A stretch of DNA of 64,000 nt, from positions 62,001 to 126,000 of the IMG/VR virus record IMGVR_UViG_3300000233_000006; one strand, given 5' to 3'. This document shows positions 7,605 through 18,298 of the stretch, piece after piece. The position numbers were made by a program, and so were the translations under genes. The stretch comes from an uncultured virus (IMG/VR IMGVR_UViG_3300000233_000006). Lineage: Duplodnaviria; Heunggongvirae; Uroviricota; Caudoviricetes. Each line of letters opens with the position of its first letter. Position 1 is the stretch's first letter. The notes beneath the pieces are model-generated. The model saw nothing but the letters and a program-made list of their open reading frames with translations. It was not told where the DNA came from and made no database searches.

Positions 7605-8090
7605 TCTCGCGTGTGTCCGCGCGTATATCAAGGATCGCACGCATGCGTCCGCAGGTGTGTGTGCGTGTGTCCGCAGGTGTGTGCGCGCGCACCGGCCTGC
7701 GCCCCCGCGCTCCCGTGCGCGCCTGTGCGCGCTCACGCGCTCCCGTGCGCGCCCCCGCGCCCGTTTAAAGCTACACATGTACACGTGCGTATATTATATA
7801 AAATATTATATATTTTATATATAAATATACACATGCGTATATGTATATATTAAATAAAAATATATAATATTTTTATAAAACGTGCGCCCGGGAGCCTAGG
7901 CGCCTGTACGCGTGTTACGCGTAAGCTAAGGAGAAGAAAATGAAGATTTATTTTGAAAATAAAGATTTTCAAAAATCAAAACTCCATGAAACTAAAAAAA
8001 ATCAAAGATTTTTTAGAAAAAGTTAAAAAAAAGCAAGTGTTAATTAACGCGCGCGGGCGGGCGGGCGCCTGATACGCGCGGTCTAGTGAA
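7605..8090. repeat. Low-complexity non-coding region of GC repeats flanking an AT-rich core (origin-like)
   Basis: Direct repeats CGCGCTCCCGTGCGCGCC (7706, 7736) and GTCCGCAGGTGTGTG (7647, 7669); nearly pure A/T tract about 7790-7880. Confidence 0.6.
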
Positions 8091-8505
8091 ACTAAAAAAT
8101 ATATCTTTTCAGTGGTTTGTTCTGAACGAGCCTTAACTTTTATCTTGAAATATAGTTTAAACGAACGGAGAAGATTTCTAAGAGGTTTAAAAGTCAAAGT
8201 AATATGAGGACAAGGGGTAGGCTTTTTAAATCGTTCAAAGAGGCTCTCAGAGCCTAGTTCAATAAATTCAAAACCAAAAACGATTTTCTTGGTTTCTCGT
8301 GACCTCGGAAATAACGCGAATTTAAACCGCCGTATTTTTTTAATCCGCAAAAGCTTATTCTGTGAACGCCAATAGCAACTGAAACCAACCTCTTGTTATT
8401 TTTTTAACTTTCCCGTTTCCTAATCCGGCGTGGGGGTCGGAATGGGAATTAGGTTTGTTTTTTTTAAGCCACTGACATTTTATGAAATATTTGAGAGGTT
8501 TGATT

Positions 8506-9114
8506 ATGAGCATTTTTAAAAGGGACGGCGGTTCGGATGTCGAGAATGTTGGACAGGGCGATCCTAAACTTTTAACGCCGTCTTCAACGGAAAAGCAAAT
8601 ACAGTCTTCCGTTACCGATGTTAAGGAAAAGAATCCAGGTCAAGAAGAAAGCGAAAAGAAGGATGTCGTAGTCATGGTTGATGGCCCTTTAAGCGAGATC
8701 TATACGCGGGCACTTAACACTATGTTCAAACAGTCCTTTAAAGAATCTCCTGAAAAAGACTTTGACGATATTCAGGAAGATGCTAAAGTTAAAAAGGCGC
8801 TTGAGTCCTACGTTGGCATGGGTAAAGGTCTTTTTGAACAAACCGTAGAAAATAATCCTGTTCAGGGTGCCTATGTTTACGTTGCCTCAAAAGAGGATAT
8901 GGATAAGCCTCACGAGACGTTAGCGATCGGTAATCGCATCAATAAAAATTCCAAGTCCGCATCAAAAGGCTTTTTACTTATTGACCTTGAAAATAACCGT
9001 ATGGTGACAGAACGTCAAGCGGTTCTTGAAGGTTATGCCGAGTCTCTCGGTTTTAAAGTTTTCCACAGTAAGAAATCTCTGTTAAAAGGTGTGCGCTCAT
9101 GGCTATCTCTTTAA
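8506..9114 (+). CDS. Hypothetical, possibly virion-associated protein
   Basis: ORF 8482..9114; ATG at 8506 preferred because of GAGAGG RBS. Confidence 0.75.
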   Translation: MSIFKRDGGSDVENVGQGDPKLLTPSSTEKQIQSSVTDVKEKNPGQEESEKKDVVVMVDGPLSEIYTRALNTMFKQSFKESPEKDFDDIQEDAKVKKALESYVGMGKGLFEQTVENNPVQGAYVYVASKEDMDKPHETLAIGNRINKNSKSASKGFLLIDLENNRMVTERQAVLEGYAESLGFKVFHSKKSLLKGVRSWLSL

Positions 9115-10343
9115 AGGACCTTTTAGATAGACATTTTAAAGATGTACGTTTTAATAAGGCTTTGATGGATGCCTTCTATCACTTCCAAATTAAATTCGTC
9201 AATAAAAACCAAGAACATCTTGAGTTCTTTGGTAGTAACCTCATGGGCGTCCATCGCGTTCGCTTTACACCTAAGGACGAAAGTATTATCTTTAATGAAA
9301 TACTTAAAATCGATACGACAGCGATTGACGAAGATCTCGATGACGTTAAGGCGATCAACAAATCGTTCAACGTTTCGAGTGATGTCTTTAATATCGTGAT
9401 GTCGTATTGTGTACATCGCTTTCTGACAAGTCAAGCACTTTCAGATAAACAAAAGAAGTTCGGCGCACTGCAAGCAGCGCTGATATGGAACTATCGTTTA
9501 CTTACAGGTCTCATGGCAAGACGTTTTAAATATGCCCTTGATGAAGAAACGGCAAAACTTGCTTATGCAAATATGTCTTCCAAGTTCTTGATTAAAAAAC
9601 TCGGCTCGTGGCAGGCAGTTCTTAATTTTAGAGCTGAGGAACTTTTGTCACCTAAGTCGATTCATTATAAAGCGCTGTTGTCGTATAACGACGACATTGC
9701 AACGGTGTACGTTATGAACGACGTTCAAGGCCGTTTACGTGGCATGATGAATAAGGTCTTTAGGGATATCGTCGAGGCTAAGGACAGTAAGCGCAGAATC
9801 TTTTCAAATTCAAGTACCATGATTGGGAGTGATGGCGAAGAAATCCTTAACGATAAAATAGGTGGACTTGAAAGTTATGTTGAGTACGCTTTATCGGTTA
9901 CGCACGACGAAACAACCTTTTTGAAAAACGAGTTGGTTGGTCTTATTTTACAGATGATGCCGACAACACAAGAACACATCTTATTAAAGGTATTAAAGGC
10001 AATACCAGAATACAGTCATGGCAAGCAACACGAGTTGATCGAAAAGATCGTACGCCTAACGATCGTTCATAGTTACGATTACCTGAAAACACATTCTACC
10101 GTCCTTCGTAAGACGAACGACTTACCCGGACTACTTTCACGTCTACGCGGTGCTTATCTAAGTTCTCGTTCAGGTAATGATGAGCTTATGGAATTAAGGT
10201 CGCTTGGAGAAACGTTTATCAAAGACGTCACGGGGATTAAAAATGAGTCGATCGTGTCTTCAGCACGAACGTCCGTATTCCTATATATCTGTGTAAGGAG
10301 TTATACAAAGAACTACTTTAAATCTTTTCATGTTATGAGATAG
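9099..10343 (+). CDS. Conserved phiKZ-like virion structural protein
   Basis: 414-aa ORF upstream of terminase; call from synteny and general resemblance. Confidence 0.65.
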   Translation: MAISLKDLLDRHFKDVRFNKALMDAFYHFQIKFVNKNQEHLEFFGSNLMGVHRVRFTPKDESIIFNEILKIDTTAIDEDLDDVKAINKSFNVSSDVFNIVMSYCVHRFLTSQALSDKQKKFGALQAALIWNYRLLTGLMARRFKYALDEETAKLAYANMSSKFLIKKLGSWQAVLNFRAEELLSPKSIHYKALLSYNDDIATVYVMNDVQGRLRGMMNKVFRDIVEAKDSKRRIFSNSSTMIGSDGEEILNDKIGGLESYVEYALSVTHDETTFLKNELVGLILQMMPTTQEHILLKVLKAIPEYSHGKQHELIEKIVRLTIVHSYDYLKTHSTVLRKTNDLPGLLSRLRGAYLSSRSGNDELMELRSLGETFIKDVTGIKNESIVSSARTSVFLYICVRSYTKNYFKSFHVMR

Positions 10344-10364
10344 GTTTTTAGTCAGGGAGTTCCT

Positions 10365-10751
10365 ATGTTCTTTAAATACCTACACACTAAGCTCATCCAT
10401 GCATACATGTATTACGTAGGCGTACGCCTATATAGTACTGACCATATCGTTTTAACAAACCTTGTTAATCAACTTACCGTCGAAACAGAAAAAAATGTTG
10501 CAGTCACGTTTTCTTTCTACCTCGAAAAACTCACATGGTTTGTTTATAAAGATGGACGTGTGAAAAAGAAGGAACGTGACATTTTTGTGATTACTGCGAA
10601 AGTGAAAAGCGACGATGAAAATCATGAAGGACACTTCATTAACAAATACGGATTATCCGTAAACAAAAACTTTCTCTTTTCTGAAAAGGGACGAAGCTGG
10701 TATCGCGTTTTTACAAGTCTCTATATCGATTTCATCGAAGCAAAGTTATAG
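10365..10751 (+). CDS. Hypothetical protein
   Basis: 128-aa ORF, GGAG RBS. Confidence 0.75.
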   Translation: MFFKYLHTKLIHAYMYYVGVRLYSTDHIVLTNLVNQLTVETEKNVAVTFSFYLEKLTWFVYKDGRVKKKERDIFVITAKVKSDDENHEGHFINKYGLSVNKNFLFSEKGRSWYRVFTSLYIDFIEAKL

Positions 10752-10792
10752 TAACACATGACAGGCGTTTAAACGCCTGTCATGTGTTACTA
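10749..10792. terminator. 44-bp perfect palindrome
   Basis: TAGTAACACATGACAGGCGTTT|AAACGCCTGTCATGTGTTACTA. Confidence 0.65.
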
Positions 10793-10844
10793 GGTATACC
10801 TAGCTTAATATTTAAATATTATGACATTTTTCAAGGTTATTTTT

Positions 10845-12995
10845 ATGATACTTTTTGCAGATGATTGGGTGACTAAACACCCTGACGCAATTATCAATTA
10901 CAATACATCAAATAAGAGTTTCGTACGTATCTCAGCTCTCTATAAAGAAATGGGTGTAAAAAACCACGCATTCCCTTTACAGCTTTTAAATAAAGATCTA
11001 CTTAATGTTGATCCATGGAATCCCAATATTTCAGATGAAGAAATCGCCATGGTGACGATGGAGTGCTACGATAACTTTTTTTATTTCATTAGAGAAGTTG
11101 CAAGGATCCCAGCACTCGCAGGCTCTCAAGATTCGCCTTTTCGAGCGAATCGTGGAAACATGGCACTCTATTTTCTTTTCTTTACCAACGTCACTCCATT
11201 TTTGGTTCAGATTCGTCAGACGGGTAAAACAACGTCAGTGGTTTTACTTGCAGACTACCTTATGAATATACGTTGCACAGGTGCAACAATAAACCTTTTG
11301 ACTAAGGACGATAAGTTAAGAACGGATACGATCAGTGATTTAAGAGATGCAACCAAAGCACTTCCTTTTTACCTTATTCAACACACTAAAAAAGACATCT
11401 CAAACACCGAGATGTTAGGGTTCTCTTCATTAAATAATGAGTTTAAAGCCTACCTTGCAGCGGCATCAAAAAGTGCCGCACTTAAAGTCGGTCGAGGTTT
11501 GACTGCACAGGTGGCGCTTATTGACGAAGTTCCATTCTTAAGTAATATCGGTCTCACGCTTCCGGCGCTCCTTGCCTCAGGTACAGCAGCACGCGAAATC
11601 GCTAGGAAAAATGAAGAGCCTTATGGGACCGTCTTTACAACAACCGCAGGTAAGAAAGATACGGTGGATGGTCGCTACACGTATAATCTTCTTCAAAAAG
11701 CAGCCATATGGACTGAGGCCTTTTTTGATGCTAAGGATAAGGCGAATCTTCATGCCATCGTGCGCGCACGTTCAATTTCAAACAGTCATGACTTTGGTAT
11801 TGTAGGAAATTCCAAGGGAACGCTTATGGTGAATTGTACATTTGGACACAGACAGTTAGGTTATAGTGACGACTGGTTACGAAATGCACTTGAGGAAAAC
11901 ATGTCGACGGCCGATGACGCGAATCGAGATTTTTTTAATCTATGGACATCCGGTACACAGTTGTCTCCTCTAGATAACGGCGTCACAGAACTCATTCGTA
12001 AATCAGAGAGGGACGTTGTCTATCCAGAACTTCGAGGTGATTTTGTCACGCTCTGGTACATTCAAGAAGATCGCATCGATACGTATATGGAACAAAACGA
12101 CTGTATCGCGGCTTTAGATACCAGTAACGCATCAGGTGGAGACGATATCTCTTTAGTCATTGTAAATATCCGCACAGGTGAATCAGTTGCCTCAGGTTCG
12201 TATAACGAACTGAACCTTATCACGTTCTCCGAATGGATCTCGAAATTCTTTATTCGGTTCCCTAAATTAACATTCATTATTGAAAACCGATCGACTGGTC
12301 AAATGTTACAGGACTACATCATCATCGTTCTTGAGCGTGAAGGAATCGACCCGTTTAAACGACTTTACAATACGATCGTACAGAGACATGACGAGGATAA
12401 GGAACGGTATAAAGAAATTTGTAGTAGTTACCGACTTTCGCAACGACTGAGTACGGTGTATAAGAAGCATTTTGGCTTTGCAACTTCAGGTTCAGGAGAA
12501 ACGTCCAGAACTGAACTTTACTCAACCACCTTAAGACAGGCAGCTTCCTTAAGTAAAAATATCGTACACGATAAAAAGCTTATTGATCAGATCCTTGGTC
12601 TTGAGATACGGAACGGTCGAGTCGATCATGAAGAAGGCGGTCATGACGACATGGTTATTGGCTGGCTTCTTTGTTTTTGGTTTATCTTACGCGGTCGTAA
12701 TGTCCAGCACTACGGTATTAATCCAAGACTTATTCTTTCGGATAATAAAATTTACAATAACCAAATGGTTCCGGACATCGAGGAGTACGGTCAACAGAAG
12801 GCGCTTCGAGATGAAATTGAAGAAGTCTACGGTCTTTTAATTAAAGAACGTAATGACGTGCTTCAGTATAAGTATGAATTTAAGCTAAGAGCCTTAAGTT
12901 CTAAACTTAAACTTCTCGACGGAGAAGTTTTCTCAGTAGATACGTTAATCGACAACGTTCGTCGTGAACGTATTAAAAAACGTAGCATAGGTTAA
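10845..12995 (+). CDS. terL: Terminase large subunit (phiKZ gp25-like)
   Basis: Walker A RQTGKT, Walker B LIDE, TTTAG coupling motif, nuclease LDTS and HDDMVIGW; start at 10845 (MILFADDW) preferred over 10821. Confidence 0.92.
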   Translation: MILFADDWVTKHPDAIINYNTSNKSFVRISALYKEMGVKNHAFPLQLLNKDLLNVDPWNPNISDEEIAMVTMECYDNFFYFIREVARIPALAGSQDSPFRANRGNMALYFLFFTNVTPFLVQIRQTGKTTSVVLLADYLMNIRCTGATINLLTKDDKLRTDTISDLRDATKALPFYLIQHTKKDISNTEMLGFSSLNNEFKAYLAAASKSAALKVGRGLTAQVALIDEVPFLSNIGLTLPALLASGTAAREIARKNEEPYGTVFTTTAGKKDTVDGRYTYNLLQKAAIWTEAFFDAKDKANLHAIVRARSISNSHDFGIVGNSKGTLMVNCTFGHRQLGYSDDWLRNALEENMSTADDANRDFFNLWTSGTQLSPLDNGVTELIRKSERDVVYPELRGDFVTLWYIQEDRIDTYMEQNDCIAALDTSNASGGDDISLVIVNIRTGESVASGSYNELNLITFSEWISKFFIRFPKLTFIIENRSTGQMLQDYIIIVLEREGIDPFKRLYNTIVQRHDEDKERYKEICSSYRLSQRLSTVYKKHFGFATSGSGETSRTELYSTTLRQAASLSKNIVHDKKLIDQILGLEIRNGRVDHEEGGHDDMVIGWLLCFWFILRGRNVQHYGINPRLILSDNKIYNNQMVPDIEEYGQQKALRDEIEEVYGLLIKERNDVLQYKYEFKLRALSSKLKLLDGEVFSVDTLIDNVRRERIKKRSIG

Positions 12996-13029
12996 AAGAG
13001 TGGGAGGCGATATCGCCTCCCACTCTTTT
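12994..13029. terminator. Bidirectional terminator between convergent genes
   Basis: AAAAGAGTGGGAGGCGAT|ATCGCCTCCCACTCTTTT. Confidence 0.85.
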
Positions 13030-13032
13030 TAT

Positions 13033-14676
13033 TTAGCTAAAGACGGTCAGTGCCGCAATAGAGAGTTCGATGTATTCTGGTGAACCAAAACGTTTAAATT
13101 TAACGTAGACCGTTGAACCTGACTGCACCGTTGTCGAGAAGTTAAAAGGTTTATTCCAATCACTTATATCGACACTTACGACCTCGCCGTTGTAAATAAC
13201 TTCAATGCGATTGGGTTGAGGAGGAATGACCTCATACTGACTAAAACGCAACGGATACGTTTTAAAGTAAATGTTTTCTAACCATTCTTCAAGCGTTGTG
13301 TAACCACTTACAATAGACAGTATATTGATCCCGGTGCGAGCTGCAAAGACGTCTTGTCCGTACATCACCTGACCAATACCTCGTTCATTCATGACGCGCC
13401 AGCACGTCGTCCGTTCGGTGAAAGGACGAATGAGTTCGACGTTTATAACCTGGGTATGTAGGTAAGGACGATAAGCTAAGGACACATGTCTTAAGTCAAG
13501 CGTCACGGCAAGCTGCTGCGTATACCCATACGCTTTAGCGTCGTATAACGTGCTAGTCGAAATAACAACGTGTGGAGTTACGTCAACCGAAATATTTCGA
13601 TCGAGATTGTACATAAACCAGCGTAAACGCCAACCAAACCCTTCGCCAGCCCATTCCGGATAAGCGTAGAGCTTAATTGAATAAGCGTTATTAGGATTCA
13701 CCATTTTCAAAATATAGGATTCTGAAATTGTTGCGTTATCATGCGTGACCGTTGAATAGGTAAATTCATTGGCACCTAGAGTGTAGAGTAGACCGATCTC
13801 GTGTTTTTGATTGACGATCGTCGCAACGACGGAATCCATACCGATCATTTTAAACCGAGTACCGTCCACAGGTAGACGGATTTCTTGACCATCGCTATAA
13901 TGAATGACGCCAAACGCATTAAGTGCGTTTAAGGGTACGTTGACCGGATATTCGATAAGATGGTTGTCATCCATCGAATTAAAGGCTGTATCAAGACTGA
14001 TGTGTGTGATGTATTTGGTTTCAGCATTTGTGAAGCGAATGAATGACGTTTCCTCAATAAGAAACTGTCTTTTATACGCTACAAATCCTTCGTCATCATA
14101 ATAGACCGCCGTGACGATCGTATTGTCATTCAGTTCTTTTGTTGTGTAACAGATATCGACGACACGGAAGTCGTTAACAAGCGTTAGGCCAACGCGATCC
14201 GTAACAAAGTTATTCGACGCATCATAGATCTCTGAGATAACCGTTCCGGTATTCCCTAGATCACTACCGACAAAGAGTTTACAATACCTCACGCGATCGC
14301 CAGGTACACGTGCACGTAAATCAACCGATAGGACATAAGGGTAAACGGTTTTGTCATAGTAGATTCGGAATGTGTCCGGCGCTTGTCCTGCACCAACACC
14401 AAAAAGAAGATCGTCTGAACTAAATGTCCAAGGTACGTAACTTGGACGGATTTCCTTAAGTCTCGGAATAAGTGTTTCGGGATGAACGTCGATTACCACG
14501 TATGTGGTAAACGTATCAGTATCCATCACATAGTCCTTAACCTTAGGGACGTACTTTTGTAAAGCAACGTCACCGGTATAGATTTCACTTAGAGACCACC
14601 AGCACCATCGTGCCTCGGGCTGATAGATAGGTACATTACCGTCGGTACCCATGACGTTGGCATTAAAATTGGGCAT
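13033..14676 (-). CDS. Virion structural protein (phiKZ gp26-like)
   Basis: 547 aa; size, strand and position between terminase and sheath match the phiKZ gp25-gp30 block. Confidence 0.7.
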   Translation of the reverse strand: MPNFNANVMGTDGNVPIYQPEARWCWWSLSEIYTGDVALQKYVPKVKDYVMDTDTFTTYVVIDVHPETLIPRLKEIRPSYVPWTFSSDDLLFGVGAGQAPDTFRIYYDKTVYPYVLSVDLRARVPGDRVRYCKLFVGSDLGNTGTVISEIYDASNNFVTDRVGLTLVNDFRVVDICYTTKELNDNTIVTAVYYDDEGFVAYKRQFLIEETSFIRFTNAETKYITHISLDTAFNSMDDNHLIEYPVNVPLNALNAFGVIHYSDGQEIRLPVDGTRFKMIGMDSVVATIVNQKHEIGLLYTLGANEFTYSTVTHDNATISESYILKMVNPNNAYSIKLYAYPEWAGEGFGWRLRWFMYNLDRNISVDVTPHVVISTSTLYDAKAYGYTQQLAVTLDLRHVSLAYRPYLHTQVINVELIRPFTERTTCWRVMNERGIGQVMYGQDVFAARTGINILSIVSGYTTLEEWLENIYFKTYPLRFSQYEVIPPQPNRIEVIYNGEVVSVDISDWNKPFNFSTTVQSGSTVYVKFKRFGSPEYIELSIAALTVFS

Positions 14677-14689
14677 GATAAGACTCCAG

Positions 14690-17299
14690 TTAAGCGATTC
14701 GAATAAAGGGCGAGACAGGTACTCGGTTCTCGGTATAATACTCGACGACCTTGGTTATAAATCTCATCTGAAAGAAATTAACCATAACAACGTAATTGAA
14801 AGGATGGGGTCGGATGTCGATGTACGAACTTTGAGTGTACTGATCCTTTTTTAAAGGATCTAAAAGAAGCCAATGTTCATACGGCGCGCAAAGTTCAAAG
14901 ACACGTTCCCGACCGATCGCGCTTTCTTTAATACGACTATTATCAATTCCACCGTGTGTTAGGGCAACGATGATCGCCGATATAAAGGGACTAAAAAGAG
15001 GGTAGCGTTCAGCGATCGGATTGACTTGAGCATGAGGAGGTTCTTCATAGTACTCGGTCATATACTCGGCTAAACGACGATTACGATCTAAACTTAAAAT
15101 ACGCTCCGGATAAGTATCCCGACCCGTCCATCGTTTCATGGGAACAACAACGTCCTTAATTTCATAAGGAAGACCGTTAAGACGATTGACTGTCGTAATG
15201 CTACCATCCGTTTCACCAAATTTAAAATCGGTTCGACGTAGATATTGTCCGCCTACAACAATCCTTAGAACTCTATCATCTCTTAAGTCAAACGCCTTGT
15301 CATCCGAAAGAACGTTATTGATAACGAAACCGACGTCCTTTGCATGTGTACGACTTAAGTCAGGATTACAAAATCCACGCATTCTTATAACGACATTTTC
15401 AATATCGTTCAATTGACCTTTAAGGTGTTTGACTGATGTCAAGGTCACGGTATTATCTCGAATAACGTAATCAATATTTTCGATAAGTGAAAGTTTATTT
15501 ACAAAAACATCCACTTCCCCATAGGGAATTACAAGTTTCTCATCATAAGTACGTCCGTTGAGATTGATGGCGTTAATCAACGGGATCTGAATATTACCGC
15601 GATCGTAAGTAACACCGACTTCGTAAATATAAAAAGACTCGAGATACCTTACCATAAGAACTTGGTTGGGTGTCGATCGGTCGATACATGAAACGACCCC
15701 GTCTTCATACTTAATCACATTCAGGTCTTCAGTCACGTCGCGCCACGACTCAAGAACAAGTTCGTTGTTAAAACGGTATCCGTGATAAACTCGGTATTCA
15801 AGTCCAGGACGCAACAGGACTTCAAAGTCACCATAAACGTCATCCGAAACATTGGTGGCCTGACCATACAGTAGTTCGACGTGCGTTGTAGCACTGTTAT
15901 TGGGTTTATAGTAATCGTAACCCTGAAATTTTTTTATGCCGACAAGTTGGCCAAGTTGATCGTATTCAAAAGCAGTAGCGTTGTCCATCAACCCTCGTGG
16001 TAAATCGGCACGCATCTCACCTTGATACAGATAGACGTCCGAAGGCGTCTGTCCTAGTTTAGAACTTAAAGCGTCATAACCGTACGCATCCACCGAAAGG
16101 TCTAAGGTAACGTCCTTCCTTACGTTTTGCATAAGCGTAGTGTACGGACTCTTTTCAAGATTCTCAGCAACCCAAAAATCTAAATTTGAATGAACGCCCT
16201 TTAACGCGGCATGAACGCGTTCGTCGTTAAGTTTATACAACTCATGAAGTTTTTCATTATTAAAGACAAGATGTCGATCCATCCCAGCATGACGAATATA
16301 AAGTTCGATATAAAAATCGTGATCAGTATTCGTTAAATTAGGAAAGATGGTTCGAATGTAATCGGTATAGGTGTCAACAACGTGAACAGAAAGTGAGTAA
16401 TCGCGATGAGTGACCATGCGAAATGTTCGTCGATCGTTTCGGGCTAAGAACAAACCGACNTCGCGCTGATTCAAATCCTTAAANCCGACATAAATATCGA
16501 CTTCATCAATAAAGTGTGTTGTATGCACATCGAAACTTGGATAGTGAANAAGGTATTTCCTTAATTGGTCTAGCGTACTATTGAACGAATAAAGGTCGCG
16601 CTCAAATAGTTTAACCTTCTTATATACGGCATCTTCATAAATGAACGATGCTTCATCACCCACGCTAAAATTAGGCATGGTTTCTTTTTTATACATAAGT
16701 CCGTTTTTAAAGATAAAAAGCGTACCTTCTCGACCTGCGTATTGGTTAAGATGTCCAAAAAAAGAAGAGGTATCTTGAGCCGTTTTAATACTTAAACCAA
16801 ATGAAAAAATCGTTTTATTCTGACCGATTGCTTCGACGGTTTCGTAATACGCACCGTCGTAGATTCTCATATAGACGTCCGTTTTATTAAGACGAAGTCC
16901 GGTATGCTTCATATCTCTCACAGCAATAATTAATTCGCTCGATTTTGTAAAGCGATAAAAACAGGCGTGGTGAGGGACTGTGTATCCCTCGAGTGTATAT
17001 AAGTCAAGACGAAGTTTGTTTTTATTGATAACGTCAACAAAGGGCGTCCAGGTATCCTCATGGTTTCCTAGTTGCTCGAACTCGATACCCGCAAATGTCG
17101 GGTAAATACGTCCTAAGGTAAAAACGTGATACCACACACCCTCTTCTGGAAGCTCGATATACGACCATACGCTTTTAATGGTATTGAGCTTACCGTTGAT
17201 AGGTGATATACGCGTGCATTCAAAAATTGAATTCATGTCTTGCGACGGTTCGTTATACAGCTCGTTTAAAGCTTGGTCAACAATATATTGGTTAGCCAT
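14690..17299 (-). CDS. Virion structural protein (phiKZ gp27-like)
   Basis: 869 aa; synteny; contains three ambiguous N bases. Confidence 0.7.
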   Translation of the reverse strand: MANQYIVDQALNELYNEPSQDMNSIFECTRISPINGKLNTIKSVWSYIELPEEGVWYHVFTLGRIYPTFAGIEFEQLGNHEDTWTPFVDVINKNKLRLDLYTLEGYTVPHHACFYRFTKSSELIIAVRDMKHTGLRLNKTDVYMRIYDGAYYETVEAIGQNKTIFSFGLSIKTAQDTSSFFGHLNQYAGREGTLFIFKNGLMYKKETMPNFSVGDEASFIYEDAVYKKVKLFERDLYSFNSTLDQLRKYLXHYPSFDVHTTHFIDEVDIYVXFKDLNQRXVGLFLARNDRRTFRMVTHRDYSLSVHVVDTYTDYIRTIFPNLTNTDHDFYIELYIRHAGMDRHLVFNNEKLHELYKLNDERVHAALKGVHSNLDFWVAENLEKSPYTTLMQNVRKDVTLDLSVDAYGYDALSSKLGQTPSDVYLYQGEMRADLPRGLMDNATAFEYDQLGQLVGIKKFQGYDYYKPNNSATTHVELLYGQATNVSDDVYGDFEVLLRPGLEYRVYHGYRFNNELVLESWRDVTEDLNVIKYEDGVVSCIDRSTPNQVLMVRYLESFYIYEVGVTYDRGNIQIPLINAINLNGRTYDEKLVIPYGEVDVFVNKLSLIENIDYVIRDNTVTLTSVKHLKGQLNDIENVVIRMRGFCNPDLSRTHAKDVGFVINNVLSDDKAFDLRDDRVLRIVVGGQYLRRTDFKFGETDGSITTVNRLNGLPYEIKDVVVPMKRWTGRDTYPERILSLDRNRRLAEYMTEYYEEPPHAQVNPIAERYPLFSPFISAIIVALTHGGIDNSRIKESAIGRERVFELCAPYEHWLLLDPLKKDQYTQSSYIDIRPHPFNYVVMVNFFQMRFITKVVEYYTENRVPVSPFIRIA

Positions 17300-17301
17300 A
17301 A

Positions 17302-18267
17302 TTAAGTACCTTCTTTATAGGCGTAAGTCCTTAAAACAGAATTGAATGTTTTAACATATTCTTCACCACGACGATTTTTTCCGTAACGCTCGGCAATACG
17401 TGCGATGTGCGAATTTTTAAACGTACGTTCATTAATCGCATCGTAAACGATCGAAAGCCAAAAGGGAGGATACTCGAGTGCAATCGACAGGCTTTCTTTC
17501 GCATACGTCCCAAACCAACTGGTCTGAATAAGATTGACTAATAAAGGCGTTGAAAATGTTTCGAGACGAATATTCGAAAGCACTTTTTTAATCACTTCAC
17601 AGAGGTCGTCGACGTTTTTAAATCCGGGAATATGACTAAAAACATCACTTACAAATTCACCTGGAGCATTGATATTTTTTATGGTATGAATGGACATGGT
17701 TAATTTGATGTCATCGTCAAATGAAGTTTCTTCGATAAATAGGCTTTGGTAATAGGCGTGTAAAACAACCGTAAGCATAAGTTGGTCTTTAGGATCCAAC
17801 GCGAAGCGTTTTGAAACAACATCCGAAATCCAATAGGCAAAAACTGTACCCGCAAATTCAAGAGGCGATTTGAGGTCTTTCCTTAAATCACTTAACCATA
17901 AAGTTGAAAAAATGAGGCGATTAAGTTGACTCTTGTAATCGATCTGATTTCTTAATTTAACCCCACCATCCGATCCAAGCGTCTCGTACTGGCGAAGATC
18001 GGACACCATAAATTTTCTAGTGTCATTAACCTCAACATAAAGAGGATGGTGAAAAGGCGGTATCTGATCTTCTGATGATATACGCACACCTATGACTTCA
18101 GGTTTCACGCCTTCGATAGGCCTTAAAGCTAAAGGAACGTCATGTAAATACACGGCACTCCATAGTGAAGGCGATCGGATCATGGACTCTTTAACGGCTT
18201 TTTCTTTATCAGACGTTGGTAAGAACGATCCCATGGTTGTCACGTAAGCATTTTTAAATACGGGCAT
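17302..18267 (-). CDS. Conserved virion/assembly protein (phiKZ gp28-like)
   Basis: 321 aa, divergent from the sheath gene as in phiKZ-like phages. Confidence 0.65.
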   Translation of the reverse strand: MPVFKNAYVTTMGSFLPTSDKEKAVKESMIRSPSLWSAVYLHDVPLALRPIEGVKPEVIGVRISSEDQIPPFHHPLYVEVNDTRKFMVSDLRQYETLGSDGGVKLRNQIDYKSQLNRLIFSTLWLSDLRKDLKSPLEFAGTVFAYWISDVVSKRFALDPKDQLMLTVVLHAYYQSLFIEETSFDDDIKLTMSIHTIKNINAPGEFVSDVFSHIPGFKNVDDLCEVIKKVLSNIRLETFSTPLLVNLIQTSWFGTYAKESLSIALEYPPFWLSIVYDAINERTFKNSHIARIAERYGKNRRGEEYVKTFNSVLRTYAYKEGT

Positions 18268-18298
18268 TTCTTTTTCTCCACTCTTTCGAGGTTTAAAT

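Noticed and set aside
7542..8350. ORFs 7542..7853, 7593..7784, 7597..7824 and 7976..8350
   Set aside because: They translate low-complexity repeats or A/T tracts, have weak starts and non-protein-like composition.
16460..16548. Three N bases in the gp27-like gene as a hypervariable (DGR-like) site
   Set aside because: The frame is preserved and no template repeat or reverse transcriptase is in the window; these are most likely assembly ambiguities.
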